Source: Leucoraja erinacea
Lineage: Eukaryota
Direction: 5' to 3'
DNA length: 64,000 nucleotides
Assembly (NCBI RefSeq): GCF_028641065.1
Contig: NC_073396.1
Coordinates: forward strand, 19,964,001-20,028,000
Made by a program: the position numbers and the translations under genes. The notes beneath the pieces are model-generated. The model was not told where the DNA came from and made no database searches. It saw nothing but the letters and a program-made list of their open reading frames with translations. This document shows positions 63,620-64,000 of the stretch, piece after piece; positions within the stretch are counted from its first letter, which is position 1, and every line of letters starts with the position of its first letter.

Positions 63620-63920
63620 TGGTTCAGCATGGACCCTTCGGCCCACCCCTTCCACGCTGACCCCCTCGATCACCCGTTCACACTAGTCCCATGTTATCCC
63701 ACTTTCTTAATCACTTCCTACACAACAGGGACAATTTTCAGAGGGCAATTAACGGACAAAACCGCATATCTTTGTGATGCTGGAGGAAACCGGAGTACAT
63801 GGAGGAAACCTACACGCACAGGGAGAATGTGCAAACTCCACATAGACAGCAAACAAGGTCAGGATTGAACCACGTGCCTCCGGTGCTGAGGCAGCGGCTC
63901 AACCTGCTGTGCCACTTTGC
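63620..63920 (-). mobile_element. tRNA-derived SINE
   Basis: Same family motifs in minus orientation. Confidence 0.78.
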
Positions 63921-64000
63921 CACGTTAATAGGAAATCGATAACAATCAAAAACAATGTCGAGAGACAAGTGTTTAATTATCACCAGGATCAGATCAATGA

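Overview
Vertebrate genomic DNA with a repeat landscape typical of cartilaginous fishes (HE1/V-SINE-like SINEs, CR1 LINEs, Penelope remnants), most likely a skate or ray; the taxon is an inference. There are three assembly gaps. Genes: (1) a degraded ZFP36/TIS11-family copy at about 5.1-5.8 kb (+); (2) a complete GLIS2 CDS in six coding exons, 28250-37727 (+), 529 aa; (3) a complete PAM16 in five exons, 46311-42524 (-), 127 aa, convergent with GLIS2; (4) the 3' part of CAPN15/SOLH (-), 63586-50711. CAPN15 has an intact catalytic triad, but one exon is cut off by a repeat junction and the last exon has a +1 frameshift. The main non-genic signal is a family of ~90-130 bp Penelope-derived elements. 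Several are flanked by target-site duplications (TSDs) and carry a minimal hammerhead-ribozyme core (CUGAAGA-stem II-GAAAC-GUH). Also present: a 34-bp perfect palindrome with an 8-bp TSD in the PAM16 promoter, an Academ-like element, and Helitron-like, Harbinger-like and hAT-like non-autonomous transposons. All calls are by eye; no database search was run.
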